A stretch of DNA of 64,000 bases, taken from positions 5,522 to 69,521 of the forward strand of contig NDWU01000003.1 in assembly GCA_003056285.1 (NCBI GenBank). Direction: 5' to 3'. Shown piece by piece: positions 17,307 through 26,955 of this stretch (positions are counted from its first letter, which is position 1; each line of letters begins with the position of its first letter). The stretch comes from Candidatus Terraquivivens tikiterensis. GTDB lineage: Archaea > Thermoproteota > Nitrososphaeria_A > Caldarchaeales > Wolframiiraptoraceae. The translations under genes were made by a program, and so were the position numbers. The notes beneath the pieces were generated by a model. It was not told the DNA's origin and searched no databases. It saw nothing but the letters and a program-made list of their open reading frames with translations.

Positions 17307-17585
17307 TCACCAGTATCCGTATAGCGGATACCAGTACCACGGGTACCAGTAGCCAAAGCCGTATGCCATGTACGGCCATGCGTATCCGTATAGCGGATAT
17401 GCCCACCACCATCTTGGAAGCCATGGGAATCTAGCGCAAACCCAAGGATTGTATAGGTAGCTCCACAACCATCCGAACCCTCTGCCGAAGCCAAACAGCC
17501 ATCCAGGCCTCTGCCATGGTGGCAAATAGCTAAACGGGCCCCTTCCAGGCCAAGGACCTGCCATACCTCTCCAACCCCACGCCAT
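17307..17585 (-). CDS. Trp/Tyr/Gly/Pro-rich small basic protein (DUF5320 N-terminal-like, no coiled coil)
   Basis: 92 aa from MAWGWRG (GGTGA SD upstream): 17 W, 14 Y, 6 F, 14 G, 13 P, 6 R, and no D/E/K/H. The N-terminus parallels the downstream gene (MAWGWRG vs MAWPRRG). Confidence 0.55.
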   Translation of the reverse strand: MAWGWRGMAGPWPGRGPFSYLPPWQRPGWLFGFGRGFGWLWSYLYNPWVCARFPWLPRWWWAYPLYGYAWPYMAYGFGYWYPWYWYPLYGYW

Positions 17586-17672
17586 GCTTTCACCAATTAT
17601 GTGAATATTCACAAAAATATAAATCTTCCGTTAAATGTATAGTGGGCGTACAGTAGTGGAGGAATTCTGCTA
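17586..17672. promoter_or_regulatory. divergent promoter region between the aromatic-protein cassette and the DUF134-like gene
   Basis: 87-bp AT-rich spacer with TATA-like AAAATATAAAT and TTAAATGTATA boxes. GGAGG lies 10 nt before ATG 17673. Confidence 0.5.
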
Positions 17673-18017
17673 ATGTGGCGGCATAGGCATAGGTACGGCA
17701 TGAGGGGGAGGCTTCCGAAGCCTATCAGGTTAGGCTCTGTTCCACCAGTAAGCAGCTTCGTCCCCCATCCGCCGAGGGATGCAGAACCAATACTTCTAGA
17801 AATAGCGGAGCTTGAGGCTTTCCGGTTGGTGGACCTAGAAGGGTTGTTTCAGGACGAGGCCGGGCGAAGGATGGGGGTCTCTAGGGGAACCGTTTGGAGG
17901 CTTGTTCAAAGAGCAAGAAAGAAAGTCGCTCAAGCGCTTAGCGAGGGAAGGCCTATACAAATCGTCCTCTACGATGCTAAGGACGAGGGGCAACCGTTGT
18001 CGGGTAGTTATAGTTAG
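17673..18017 (+). CDS. DUF134/UPF0251-family putative DNA-binding protein (sigma-70 region-4-like HTH)
   Basis: Basic N-terminus (RHRHRYGMRGRLPKP), then LEIAELEAFRLVDLEGLFQDEAGRRMGVSRGTVWRLVQRARKKVAQAL, the layout I recognise for DUF134. Confidence 0.7.
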   Translation: MWRHRHRYGMRGRLPKPIRLGSVPPVSSFVPHPPRDAEPILLEIAELEAFRLVDLEGLFQDEAGRRMGVSRGTVWRLVQRARKKVAQALSEGRPIQIVLYDAKDEGQPLSGSYS

Positions 18018-18539
18018 CTTTTCATAATACCCTTTCCGCCTCGGAATTAAAGGCCTTATGGATGGCTTTTGCCGCCAACGGCAAAGGACGGTACATTCGG
18101 GCATCTTGCATACCCCTTCGCTTATTTGCCCTATATCGGGTACCCGTTTGCCCGAGCCCCTCCAAAAATTCGGCCTAAAAGCTGTTGTCAGCAGTTTCAA
18201 ATTTGACATCCGAAAGGTACCACGATAAATACCCAAAGGAAGCCAAGCCCTATAAAAAGCCTCTGGTGGATCAGGAGGGGATGAGGCTCGAGGGCTAAGC
18301 GTGAATATGTATCCAAGCTTAGCCCAGAATACTTGCTCAGACCTTTGGAAATCCAAAAGGATTCGTTCAATGGGCATTATTACAAAGTTAACTATTCGGA
18401 GACTGTTGGTAACCCATTTCTTATGGTTAGAGATGTTTGGCGGGTTTATGGAAAATTTTCGCGTATACCGATACTGTTCATCGAGGAGGGAAAAGGTATT
18501 TAAAAATATATTGCAGTCGACCGTTCTTTTCCGAGCGTT

Positions 18540-20177
18540 ATGGAGCGGCCTTGGTATAAATTTTATCCGGAGGGTGTGCCAAAATCCATCGCTTATCCAG
18601 AAATACCTCTCCATGGGTTGCTGGAGCGCTCGGCTTCGACCTATCCAGATAGGACCGCTGTCATCTCTGGCGAGAGCGGATACAAGTTAACTTACCGTGA
18701 GCTGGATAGCCTAGCTTCAAGCTTTGCGAACGCTCTGGAGGGAATGGGTGCCGTTAAGGGCGATAGGGTCGCCATCTTCTTGCCCAACATACCGCAGTTC
18801 TTGATAGCTTACTACGGTGCGCTAAAGGCTGGCTGCGTGGTGACTACCATAAGCCCGTTGGCACGGGAGAGCACGCTGCTTTTCCAGCTCAACGACTCGG
18901 AGGCCGAGACTTTAGTCGTTTACGAGCCCCTGCTTCCTATCTTCCTTAAGGTTGCATCCTCCACTGCCGTAAAAAGGACATTTGTGACGAGCGGCAGCGC
19001 TGAGAGGGCCCCTCGTCTGCCGCAGGGAAGCTTTTACGACTTCGATAGGATGCTCTCGAGGCATCCTCCAGAATCCCCAAAAGTAGAGATAGACCCGAAG
19101 AAGGAACTGGCTTGCCTTCAGTATACTGGAGGGACGACGGGGACGCCCAAGGGAGCCATGCTTACACACTTTAACATGGTTTCCGATGCCATCGCGTTCT
19201 CCGCTTGGATAAAGTGTAGGTTTGCGGAGGAGACCTTTCTGACAGTTTTGCCACTTTCCCACATATTCGGCATGACGACTTCTATGAACTCGCCGATATA
19301 TGCCGCGGGAACTATCGTCCTGCTTCAAAAGTTCGACGTGAAGACTGTCCTGGAAACCATTCAGAGACACGGCATAACTGTCTTCTGCGGCGTACCAACG
19401 ATGTACGCGCTAATAGTCGCCTCACCGGAGGCTCAGTCGTACAACCTAAGGTCGGTAAAGTGCTGCATATCAGGCGGCTCGCCCCTTCCACCTGAGGTTC
19501 AGAGAAGGTTCATCCAGCTTATGGGCGGCGTCCTCGTAGAGGGTTATGGCCTGACCGAGTGCTCGCCGGGGACGCATACAAACCCCGTCGACCCCAGCAT
19601 GAAGACTGTCAAGATAGGTTCGATCGGCCTGCCATGGCCGGACGTCGATGCTAAGATAGTCGACCTCGAGACCGGAAGCAAGACGTTACCTCCCGGAGAG
19701 GTGGGCGAGCTCGTTATAAAGGGGCCGCAGGTCATGCTGGGCTATTGGAAAAAACCAGAGGAGACGAAGAACGTTTTAAGGGATGGTTGGCTATACACGG
19801 GCGACGTGGCCAAGATGGACGAGGACGGGTACTTCTACATCATCGATAGGAAGAAGGACCTCATAAAGCATAAAGGCTACTCAGTCTACCCGAGGGAGGT
19901 GGAGGATGCGATATACGAGCATCCGGCCGTGAAGTTATGCGCGGTCGTCGGCAAGCCAGACCCTATCGCTGGCGAGGTGCCGAAGGCGTTCGTCGTCCTG
20001 AAGGATGGGGCCCAGCTTACGGCTGACGAGCTCATCAACTTCCTTAAGGACAGGTTGGAGCCGTATAAGTTGGTAAAGGAGGTCGAGTTCAGGAAAGAGT
20101 TGCCCTTAACGCCTGCGGGCAAGGTTCATAGAAGGCTGCTGAGGGAGGAGGAGCTAAGCAAATTCTCAAAACGTTAA
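18540..20177 (+). CDS. AMP-dependent acyl-CoA synthetase/ligase (fatty-acid-CoA ligase-like)
   Basis: LQYTGGTTGTPKGAMLTH AMP-binding motif, GYGLTE, TGDVAKMDEDGYFYIIDRKKDLIK. Confidence 0.9.
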   Translation: MERPWYKFYPEGVPKSIAYPEIPLHGLLERSASTYPDRTAVISGESGYKLTYRELDSLASSFANALEGMGAVKGDRVAIFLPNIPQFLIAYYGALKAGCVVTTISPLARESTLLFQLNDSEAETLVVYEPLLPIFLKVASSTAVKRTFVTSGSAERAPRLPQGSFYDFDRMLSRHPPESPKVEIDPKKELACLQYTGGTTGTPKGAMLTHFNMVSDAIAFSAWIKCRFAEETFLTVLPLSHIFGMTTSMNSPIYAAGTIVLLQKFDVKTVLETIQRHGITVFCGVPTMYALIVASPEAQSYNLRSVKCCISGGSPLPPEVQRRFIQLMGGVLVEGYGLTECSPGTHTNPVDPSMKTVKIGSIGLPWPDVDAKIVDLETGSKTLPPGEVGELVIKGPQVMLGYWKKPEETKNVLRDGWLYTGDVAKMDEDGYFYIIDRKKDLIKHKGYSVYPREVEDAIYEHPAVKLCAVVGKPDPIAGEVPKAFVVLKDGAQLTADELINFLKDRLEPYKLVKEVEFRKELPLTPAGKVHRRLLREEELSKFSKR

Positions 20178-20262
20178 CCATCCGACAACTGTGTAATAAC
20201 TGTACATACACAAAAACGACGATTACAAAAAATTAAAATAACTTTAAATCTAAAGCCCAAGT

Positions 20263-21501
20263 ATGGTAGATACGTACTCAACACCCTACGTTGATTTCCT
20301 CACGGTAGATGACTTGGACCTAGTTGGGAAGACGGTCTTCCTAAGGGCGGACATAAACTCGCCCATAGACCCGTATTCCGGCCGTCTGCTCAACAAGATA
20401 AGGATAAGGGAGGTAGCAGCGTCAATAAAAGAGTTATCCAGCTCGAAGGTCGTCGTGGGCTCTCACCAAGGCAGGGTCGGCAACTACGACTACGTATCCC
20501 TAAGAGAGCACGCAGAGGTTCTAAAAGAGTATGTCGGAAGGAATGTGAAGTTCATAGACGACGTTATCGGACCTGCGGCAAGGGATGCTATAAAAAACCT
20601 GAGGGTTGGAGAGGTTCTTGTTCTAGATAACTTAAGGTTCGTCGCCGAAGAAAATTTCGAGTTCAGCATAGAGGATGCTTCTAAAACCCACATGGTTAAG
20701 ACCCTGAAGGATTACTTCGACGTTTGCGTTCTAGAGGCTTTTCCGGCGGCGCATAGGGCCAACCCGTCGATAGTTGGTTTTGCCGAGGTTCTGCCAACTT
20801 GCGGCGGAAGGCTGCTCACGCAAGAGGTAAGATCGCTCATGTCCATCATGCAAAAACTAAGACCACCCATAACGTTGGTGTTGGGGGGTGCGAAGGTCTC
20901 CGACAGGATCGAATCTGTGGAAGCCCTGATAAGCAGTTACAAGGTTGATAAAATCCTGCCGTGCGGGCTGCTCGGCGTCATATTCTTGAAGGCCAGCAGG
21001 GATTTGAACGTGCCGACGGGCATTAAGGATGAGGAAAAGTACATCAAGAAGGCGGAGAAACTCCTTTCAGAATTTAGAAATACTTTCGTACTCCCTGAAG
21101 ATTTTGCCGTTGAGGTCGACGGAAAAAGAAGGGAGCTTATGCTATCTCAGCTTAACTCGGAGAAACCCGTGTTGGATATAGGCATGAGGACAATATCAAA
21201 GTTCGCAGAGATCATCAGAAACTCGGGAACGGTCATCGTGAGCGGGCCACCGGGTGCGTACGAGAAAAAGAACTTTGACGTCGGTACTAAAGCGTTGTTG
21301 ACGGAGCTTGCTAACTCTAGAGCCATATCGATCGCTAGCGGCGCCCATACGTTAACGGCGCTCGAGCTCTTCGGCTTGAGAGATAAGGTCACGCATGCAA
21401 CCTCCGCTGGCGGCGCCCTCATCAAATTTCTCTCCGGTATGAAATTGCCACTATTCGAGGCGCTGAAGAGGTCGGCAGAAAAATGGAGAAAGATCAAATA
21501 A
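20263..21501 (+). CDS. pgk: phosphoglycerate kinase (archaeal type)
   Basis: 412 aa. FLRADINSP, GSHQGR, LDNLRF, and the C-terminal GGALIKFL-type motif. Confidence 0.9.
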   Translation: MVDTYSTPYVDFLTVDDLDLVGKTVFLRADINSPIDPYSGRLLNKIRIREVAASIKELSSSKVVVGSHQGRVGNYDYVSLREHAEVLKEYVGRNVKFIDDVIGPAARDAIKNLRVGEVLVLDNLRFVAEENFEFSIEDASKTHMVKTLKDYFDVCVLEAFPAAHRANPSIVGFAEVLPTCGGRLLTQEVRSLMSIMQKLRPPITLVLGGAKVSDRIESVEALISSYKVDKILPCGLLGVIFLKASRDLNVPTGIKDEEKYIKKAEKLLSEFRNTFVLPEDFAVEVDGKRRELMLSQLNSEKPVLDIGMRTISKFAEIIRNSGTVIVSGPPGAYEKKNFDVGTKALLTELANSRAISIASGAHTLTALELFGLRDKVTHATSAGGALIKFLSGMKLPLFEALKRSAEKWRKIK

Positions 21502-22554
<1,053 letters not shown>

Positions 22555-22669
22555 GAGAAGGGGTAAAACATGCCGCTTTGTTCGTTCCTATTCCGTCGGA
22601 GGATACGGATCTTCCCCATTTGTTAAAGAGCCATTAGGGTTTTTATAAACGAGCTTAATCTCCTTCCGC

Positions 22670-23146
22670 GTGGTAAGGTTGGCAAAAGTCGATTATGAGG
22701 ACAGGTTGAAAGCGTTGGGCTACTCGTTACCAGAGCCGCCTAAACCCGTCGCCTCGTACGTTCCTAGCGTAAAAGTCGGTAAGCTACTTTTCGTTAGCGG
22801 GGTCCTGCCCATCGTAGGCGATAGGCTACTGTATGCCGGTAAGTTGGGTAAGGAGGTCACGCTAGAGCAGGGATACGAGGCGGCGAAGGTTGCTGCGCTG
22901 AACGCCCTTTCCGTTGTAAAGGCCTCGCTCGGCGGCCTCGGAAGGGTAAGGAGGGTCGTCAGGCTTGTTGGTTACGTGGCTTCCTCCGACGGCTTCAGGG
23001 ATCAAGCAAGGGTCATCAACGGCGCATCAGACCTGCTCCTACAGGTATTCGGCGAGAATGGGAAACATTCTAGGGTTACCGTAGGCGTCACGGAGCTACC
23101 TATGGGGGCTCCGGTAGAAATCGAGATGATCGTCCAAACGAAGTAG
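22670..23146 (+). CDS. RidA/YjgF/RutC-family protein
   Basis: LPEPPKPVASYVPSVKVGKLLFVSG...ARVTVGVTELPMGAPVEIEMIV is typical of YjgF-like trimers. GTG start. Confidence 0.75.
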   Translation: MVRLAKVDYEDRLKALGYSLPEPPKPVASYVPSVKVGKLLFVSGVLPIVGDRLLYAGKLGKEVTLEQGYEAAKVAALNALSVVKASLGGLGRVRRVVRLVGYVASSDGFRDQARVINGASDLLLQVFGENGKHSRVTVGVTELPMGAPVEIEMIVQTK

Positions 23147-23157
23147 GTTAAAACAAC

Positions 23158-23799
23158 ATGCCCAGGCAGAAGTTGATAATTTTTGACATAGACGGCACCT
23201 TGTACAGAAGCGATGAGTACGAGAAGGAGCTTCATAGGAAAATAGTGGAGCTGCTCGCCGAGAGGCTTGGCTGTAGCTCAGAAGAGGCTAAGGCTAAGCT
23301 TAGGATGCTAAGGAGGGAGGTTGCAAGCATAAGCTGGTGCCTAATAAAGCTTGGGATAAACCTGAGGGAGTTTTACGCTGAGCTGGCCAAGAGGGTAAAC
23401 CCATCGGATTACATAACGGAGGCAAAAGAGGTTAGGGACCTGCTGAGAAAGCTCAAGGAGTCAGGGTTCAAGCTAGCGGCGCACACGAACTCCGGCAAAG
23501 CGCTAGCCCTTAAGGTGCTCGGAGCCCTCGGAATAGAGCCATCGACCTTCGATATAATCGTCACGAGCGACGAAGCTGAGCCAAAACCTTCCCGCGATGG
23601 GTATTTGAAGATACTTAGGCTCGCCCGCATGACCGCCGGGGAGGCGGTATACGTCGGCGACCGGTACGAGGTAGACCTAAAGACTGCGAAAGAGCTTGGC
23701 ATAAAGACTATCATGGTGGGAAAGGGTGGGACGTCTAGGGATGTTGACTTCCAAGTTGAAAACATCCTTGAAGTCGAGGGGCTGATCCTGAGAGATTAA
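23158..23799 (+). CDS. HAD-superfamily hydrolase (subfamily IA)
   Basis: IFDIDGTL motif I, HTNSG motif II, YVGDRYEVDL motif IV. Confidence 0.8.
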   Translation: MPRQKLIIFDIDGTLYRSDEYEKELHRKIVELLAERLGCSSEEAKAKLRMLRREVASISWCLIKLGINLREFYAELAKRVNPSDYITEAKEVRDLLRKLKESGFKLAAHTNSGKALALKVLGALGIEPSTFDIIVTSDEAEPKPSRDGYLKILRLARMTAGEAVYVGDRYEVDLKTAKELGIKTIMVGKGGTSRDVDFQVENILEVEGLILRD

Positions 23800-23885
23800 A
23801 CATACAGCATACAGTAAGTTTACAAAAATTATAAAAGGAGGCGTTAAGATAATATACTTTTAGCAGAAAGCTGGGACGAAAACTC

Positions 23886-24482
23886 ATGAGAGCTGGTTCC
23901 GACGCCGCCCAAAGGCTCGTATCCGAGCTGGAAAAGCTAGGGGCGGTTGGTAGGCTTTTCGGGTCGCGCGGAGAAGTCGTCAAGTACCTCGCGAACCTTG
24001 TGATGGAAAGGAGGGCCAAACTTGTGCTCATCTCTGGCCTAGACCAGGAGTTCTCCTCTGAGCTCAGGAGGGGCATAGCCTCTGCGGGCGCATCCTGCTT
24101 TGAGCTCGACGACGTTGACCCGAAGGATCTCCGTAGGCTTCTCGAAAAAGCCGAGATAGGGGTAACGGGTGCTGACTTAGCCGTTGCAGAGACTGGCTCG
24201 CTCGTCCTAACAACCCGGAACGATGCAGAGAGGCTTCTTTCTTGCCTACCACCCGTACACGTTGCAATAATCGCTAAAGAAAACATAGTGGATAGCTTCT
24301 TGGAGCTTGCCGAATGGTTTAAGAAGATGCAAAGCCAGGGCACACGAACGGTATCAGTGATTACCGGCCCGAGTAGGACGGCGGACATAGAGCGTGAGAT
24401 CGTGTTAGGCGTCCATGGGCCTCACGAGCTACACGTAATAATCCTGGATGGGATGCCGGATGGGGAGAAATCTGGTAGCTGA
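23886..24482 (+). CDS. lutC: LutC/YkgG-family (LUD domain) protein
   Basis: LUD/DUF162 pattern GVTGADLAVAETGSLVL...HVAII. Directly precedes a LutB-like gene. Confidence 0.75.
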   Translation: MRAGSDAAQRLVSELEKLGAVGRLFGSRGEVVKYLANLVMERRAKLVLISGLDQEFSSELRRGIASAGASCFELDDVDPKDLRRLLEKAEIGVTGADLAVAETGSLVLTTRNDAERLLSCLPPVHVAIIAKENIVDSFLELAEWFKKMQSQGTRTVSVITGPSRTADIEREIVLGVHGPHELHVIILDGMPDGEKSGS

Positions 24483-26583
24483 AGTCTCCGAGGCGTTGAG
24501 AAACAGGAACCAGATCGAGAACCTAAGAAGATCCATGCTGCACATGAGAGATAAAAAAGACGCTGCTATGATCGATTACACTGAGAAAAAATTGGCTGAG
24601 CTAAGAGAGATCAGGTACTCTTCGATAAGCTCGATCGAGGAGAACGTCAGGGAACTTAAGGAAAAGCTTGAAGAAAATGGTTGCAATTTTTACTTTGCCA
24701 AAACCGCCAAGGATGCATGCGAGTACGTGGTTAGCCTGGCAAAGGCAAAGGGGGTTAAGAGGATCGTTAAAGCAAAATCCATGACAGCGGAGGAGATAGA
24801 GTTAAACAAATGGCTTACGGCCCATGGGTTCGAGGTAGTCGAGACGGACCTTGGCGAATGGTTGGTCCAGTTAGCCGGCCAGAGGCCTTCCCACTTGATA
24901 ACCCCGGCTATACACCTCTCCAGGCATGACATATCTAAGCTCATAGAGGAGAAGCTAATGGTTAAGCTACCTGCCGACCCTAAGGAGATCACGAGGTTTG
25001 CGCGGTCGTTCCTCAGAGACAAGTTTCTAAGGGCGGACATGGGTATAACTGGCGCAAACCTTCTGGTCGCGGAGACCGGTAGCTTGGTCATCGTAACGAA
25101 CGAAGGGAACGGTAGGTTGGTCACGGCGCTCCCAAGAATCCATGTGGCGATCGTCGGGGTCGAGAAGCTTGTCAAAAGCTGGAAGGATGCTGTGAGGGTA
25201 TTGGATGTTCTGCCGAAGAGCGCTACAGGCCAGAAGATGGCCACCTACGTCACAGTACTGAACGCAGGCTCTGAGACACCATCGCCAGATGGCGGTTTTA
25301 TAAAGCGTGAGCTCCACCTAGTTTTGTTAGATAACGGAAGGCTCGATGCCGCCCGAGACAGCATCATCTCGGATGCGCTGAACTGTATAAGGTGCTCGGC
25401 CTGCTTTAACGTCTGCCCAACCTATAGGGTTCTTGGCGGGCACGTCTTCGGCTACATATACAGCGGCCCAATAGGCATCCCTTGGACGTACATATCGCAT
25501 GGTCTTGAGAACGCGGCGGATTACGCACCCCTTTGTATATCGTGCGGCCTATGCCGCGAAACGTGCCCAATCGGCATAGACATACCGATGATGATCTCTG
25601 AGATAAAGCGAAGGTATGGCGAGCGTAAAGGTTATCCATGGGTAGACAGGAGGCTTGCAGGGTACGAGGGTCTCCTGAGGCTTGCATGCAGGACGTCGCC
25701 CTTGTCAAACTTCCTAAGCAGCACCAGCGTATCCAGATGGGTGTTAGAAAAGCTCATCGGTATAGACAGGAGGGTAAAACTCCCTAGGTTCTCTAGGAGG
25801 ACGTTGCGGGACCTGGCGGAGGGGTTGATCGTTTCGCACGGGGGGAGTGAGGGGAAGGTCGTGTACTTTGCGGACAGCATGGCCTACTACGTAGATACGG
25901 ACGTCGGATTGGCGACCATCGACGTGCTTCAGAGGAACGGCTTCGATGTCGTGATGCCGCCGCAGAAAGGGAGCGGAATGCCCTCGTTCCTTTATGGCCT
26001 GCTAGAGCACACGAAGAAGGTTGCGGAGTACAACGTAAGGCATGCTTACGAGTACGTCTCTAAGGGTTACGACTTAGTTTCTGCAGAGCCGACAGCTGCT
26101 TACTGCTTCAGGTTCATCTATCCTAGGCTGCTAGAGAGCAAAGAGGCTTATGACGTAGCCGAGAGGAGCTATGAGTTGTTCGGATACCTCTCGATGATGC
26201 TGGATAGGGGTGCACTCGACTTAAGATTTAGAAGATACAAGGATGTCAAGGCCGTCTACCACATTCCGTGCCACTCTAGACGTCTAAGCAAGGACAAACC
26301 CGTCCTGAAGTTTTTGGAAATGCTCGGTATAGAGACGGAGTTTATCGACTACGGTTGCTGCGGCATGGGCGGCACGTGGGGCATGAAAAGAGGGTACGAG
26401 GGTTACGAGGTAAGCAGGGTGATTGCCGAGCCGCTTACAAGCGCGATTTCCGAGTCAGATGCGGATTTTGTCGTTACAGAGTGTAGCCTATGTAAGATCC
26501 AGATAGAAAGATTCGCTGACAAAAAGGTCTTCCATCCGGTGTTGCTCCTAGACAAGGCCTACAAGGGTCTTCCCCTACCGTAG
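24448..26583 (+). CDS. LutB-like iron-sulfur protein (LUD domain + 2x[4Fe-4S]) fused to a LutA/HdrB/GlcF-like CCG-domain module
   Basis: GITGANLLVAETGSLVIVTNEGN (LUD), CIRCSACFNVCPTY and CISCGLCRETCPIGI, then CCG-type motifs HIPCHSRR and DYGCCGMGGTWGMK. The exact start is uncertain (35-nt overlap with lutC). Confidence 0.8.
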   Translation: MGCRMGRNLVAEVSEALRNRNQIENLRRSMLHMRDKKDAAMIDYTEKKLAELREIRYSSISSIEENVRELKEKLEENGCNFYFAKTAKDACEYVVSLAKAKGVKRIVKAKSMTAEEIELNKWLTAHGFEVVETDLGEWLVQLAGQRPSHLITPAIHLSRHDISKLIEEKLMVKLPADPKEITRFARSFLRDKFLRADMGITGANLLVAETGSLVIVTNEGNGRLVTALPRIHVAIVGVEKLVKSWKDAVRVLDVLPKSATGQKMATYVTVLNAGSETPSPDGGFIKRELHLVLLDNGRLDAARDSIISDALNCIRCSACFNVCPTYRVLGGHVFGYIYSGPIGIPWTYISHGLENAADYAPLCISCGLCRETCPIGIDIPMMISEIKRRYGERKGYPWVDRRLAGYEGLLRLACRTSPLSNFLSSTSVSRWVLEKLIGIDRRVKLPRFSRRTLRDLAEGLIVSHGGSEGKVVYFADSMAYYVDTDVGLATIDVLQRNGFDVVMPPQKGSGMPSFLYGLLEHTKKVAEYNVRHAYEYVSKGYDLVSAEPTAAYCFRFIYPRLLESKEAYDVAERSYELFGYLSMMLDRGALDLRFRRYKDVKAVYHIPCHSRRLSKDKPVLKFLEMLGIETEFIDYGCCGMGGTWGMKRGYEGYEVSRVIAEPLTSAISESDADFVVTECSLCKIQIERFADKKVFHPVLLLDKAYKGLPLP

Positions 26584-26619
26584 AAAAGGCAGAAATATCC
26601 TCGCAAACTTTCCCTTTCA

Positions 26620-26647
26620 TTTTTCCACACAAATTTGTGTGGAAAAA
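26620..26647. repeat. 28-nt perfect palindrome
   Basis: TTTTTCCACACAAA|TTTGTGTGGAAAAA, 37 nt downstream of the LutBA stop. Confidence 0.9.
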
Positions 26648-26955
26648 ATGCGGTACCGAAATATCCTTCAGCCCGATGGCTTTGGTGAAAGGCAAACGCT
26701 TTTTATCCGTAGAAACAGCTAACTCCCTTACCGTTATGGTCTATGCGCACCATCTCAGCATCCCTCGTGTTGCAGATGGTTGCAATATCCTTTTCGGGCA
26801 ACCCAAACGGGGTAACGATCGACAGGCAAAAGAATGCTTCAGGGAACACATTCCTTAGGATGCGGGACATGGGGTTCTCCCTAAAGCCCTTCATGAACCT
26901 CTAATGGTAGAGGTGAGGGGGAAGGGATAAAAATCTATGAATCCCACAACTGTTG

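Noticed and set aside
17299-17310. Possible programmed frameshift or read-through fusing the W/Y-rich ORF to the coiled-coil ORF
   Set aside because: The second ORF has its own ATG, a GGTGAG SD at the right distance and an N-terminus paralogous to the first. Two separate genes is the simpler reading.
17835-18614. 259-aa minus-strand ORF, the longest unexplained ORF in the track
   Set aside because: It overlaps the 3' end of the DUF134-like gene and the 5' end of the acyl-CoA synthetase gene, and spans a spacer that contains a probable degenerate MITE. Its composition is Arg/Ser/Pro/Leu-rich with no motif. It is most likely a chance ORF.
23735-24388. 217-aa minus-strand ORF over lutC
   Set aside because: It is antisense to the LUD-domain gene, with a Ser/Ala-rich product and no start context.
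26703-26894. 63-aa minus-strand ORF divergent from the PduO gene
   Set aside because: It has a plausible TATA/SD context, but the product has no recognisable features, and the downstream frame looks like a broken continuation. Evidence is insufficient to call a gene.
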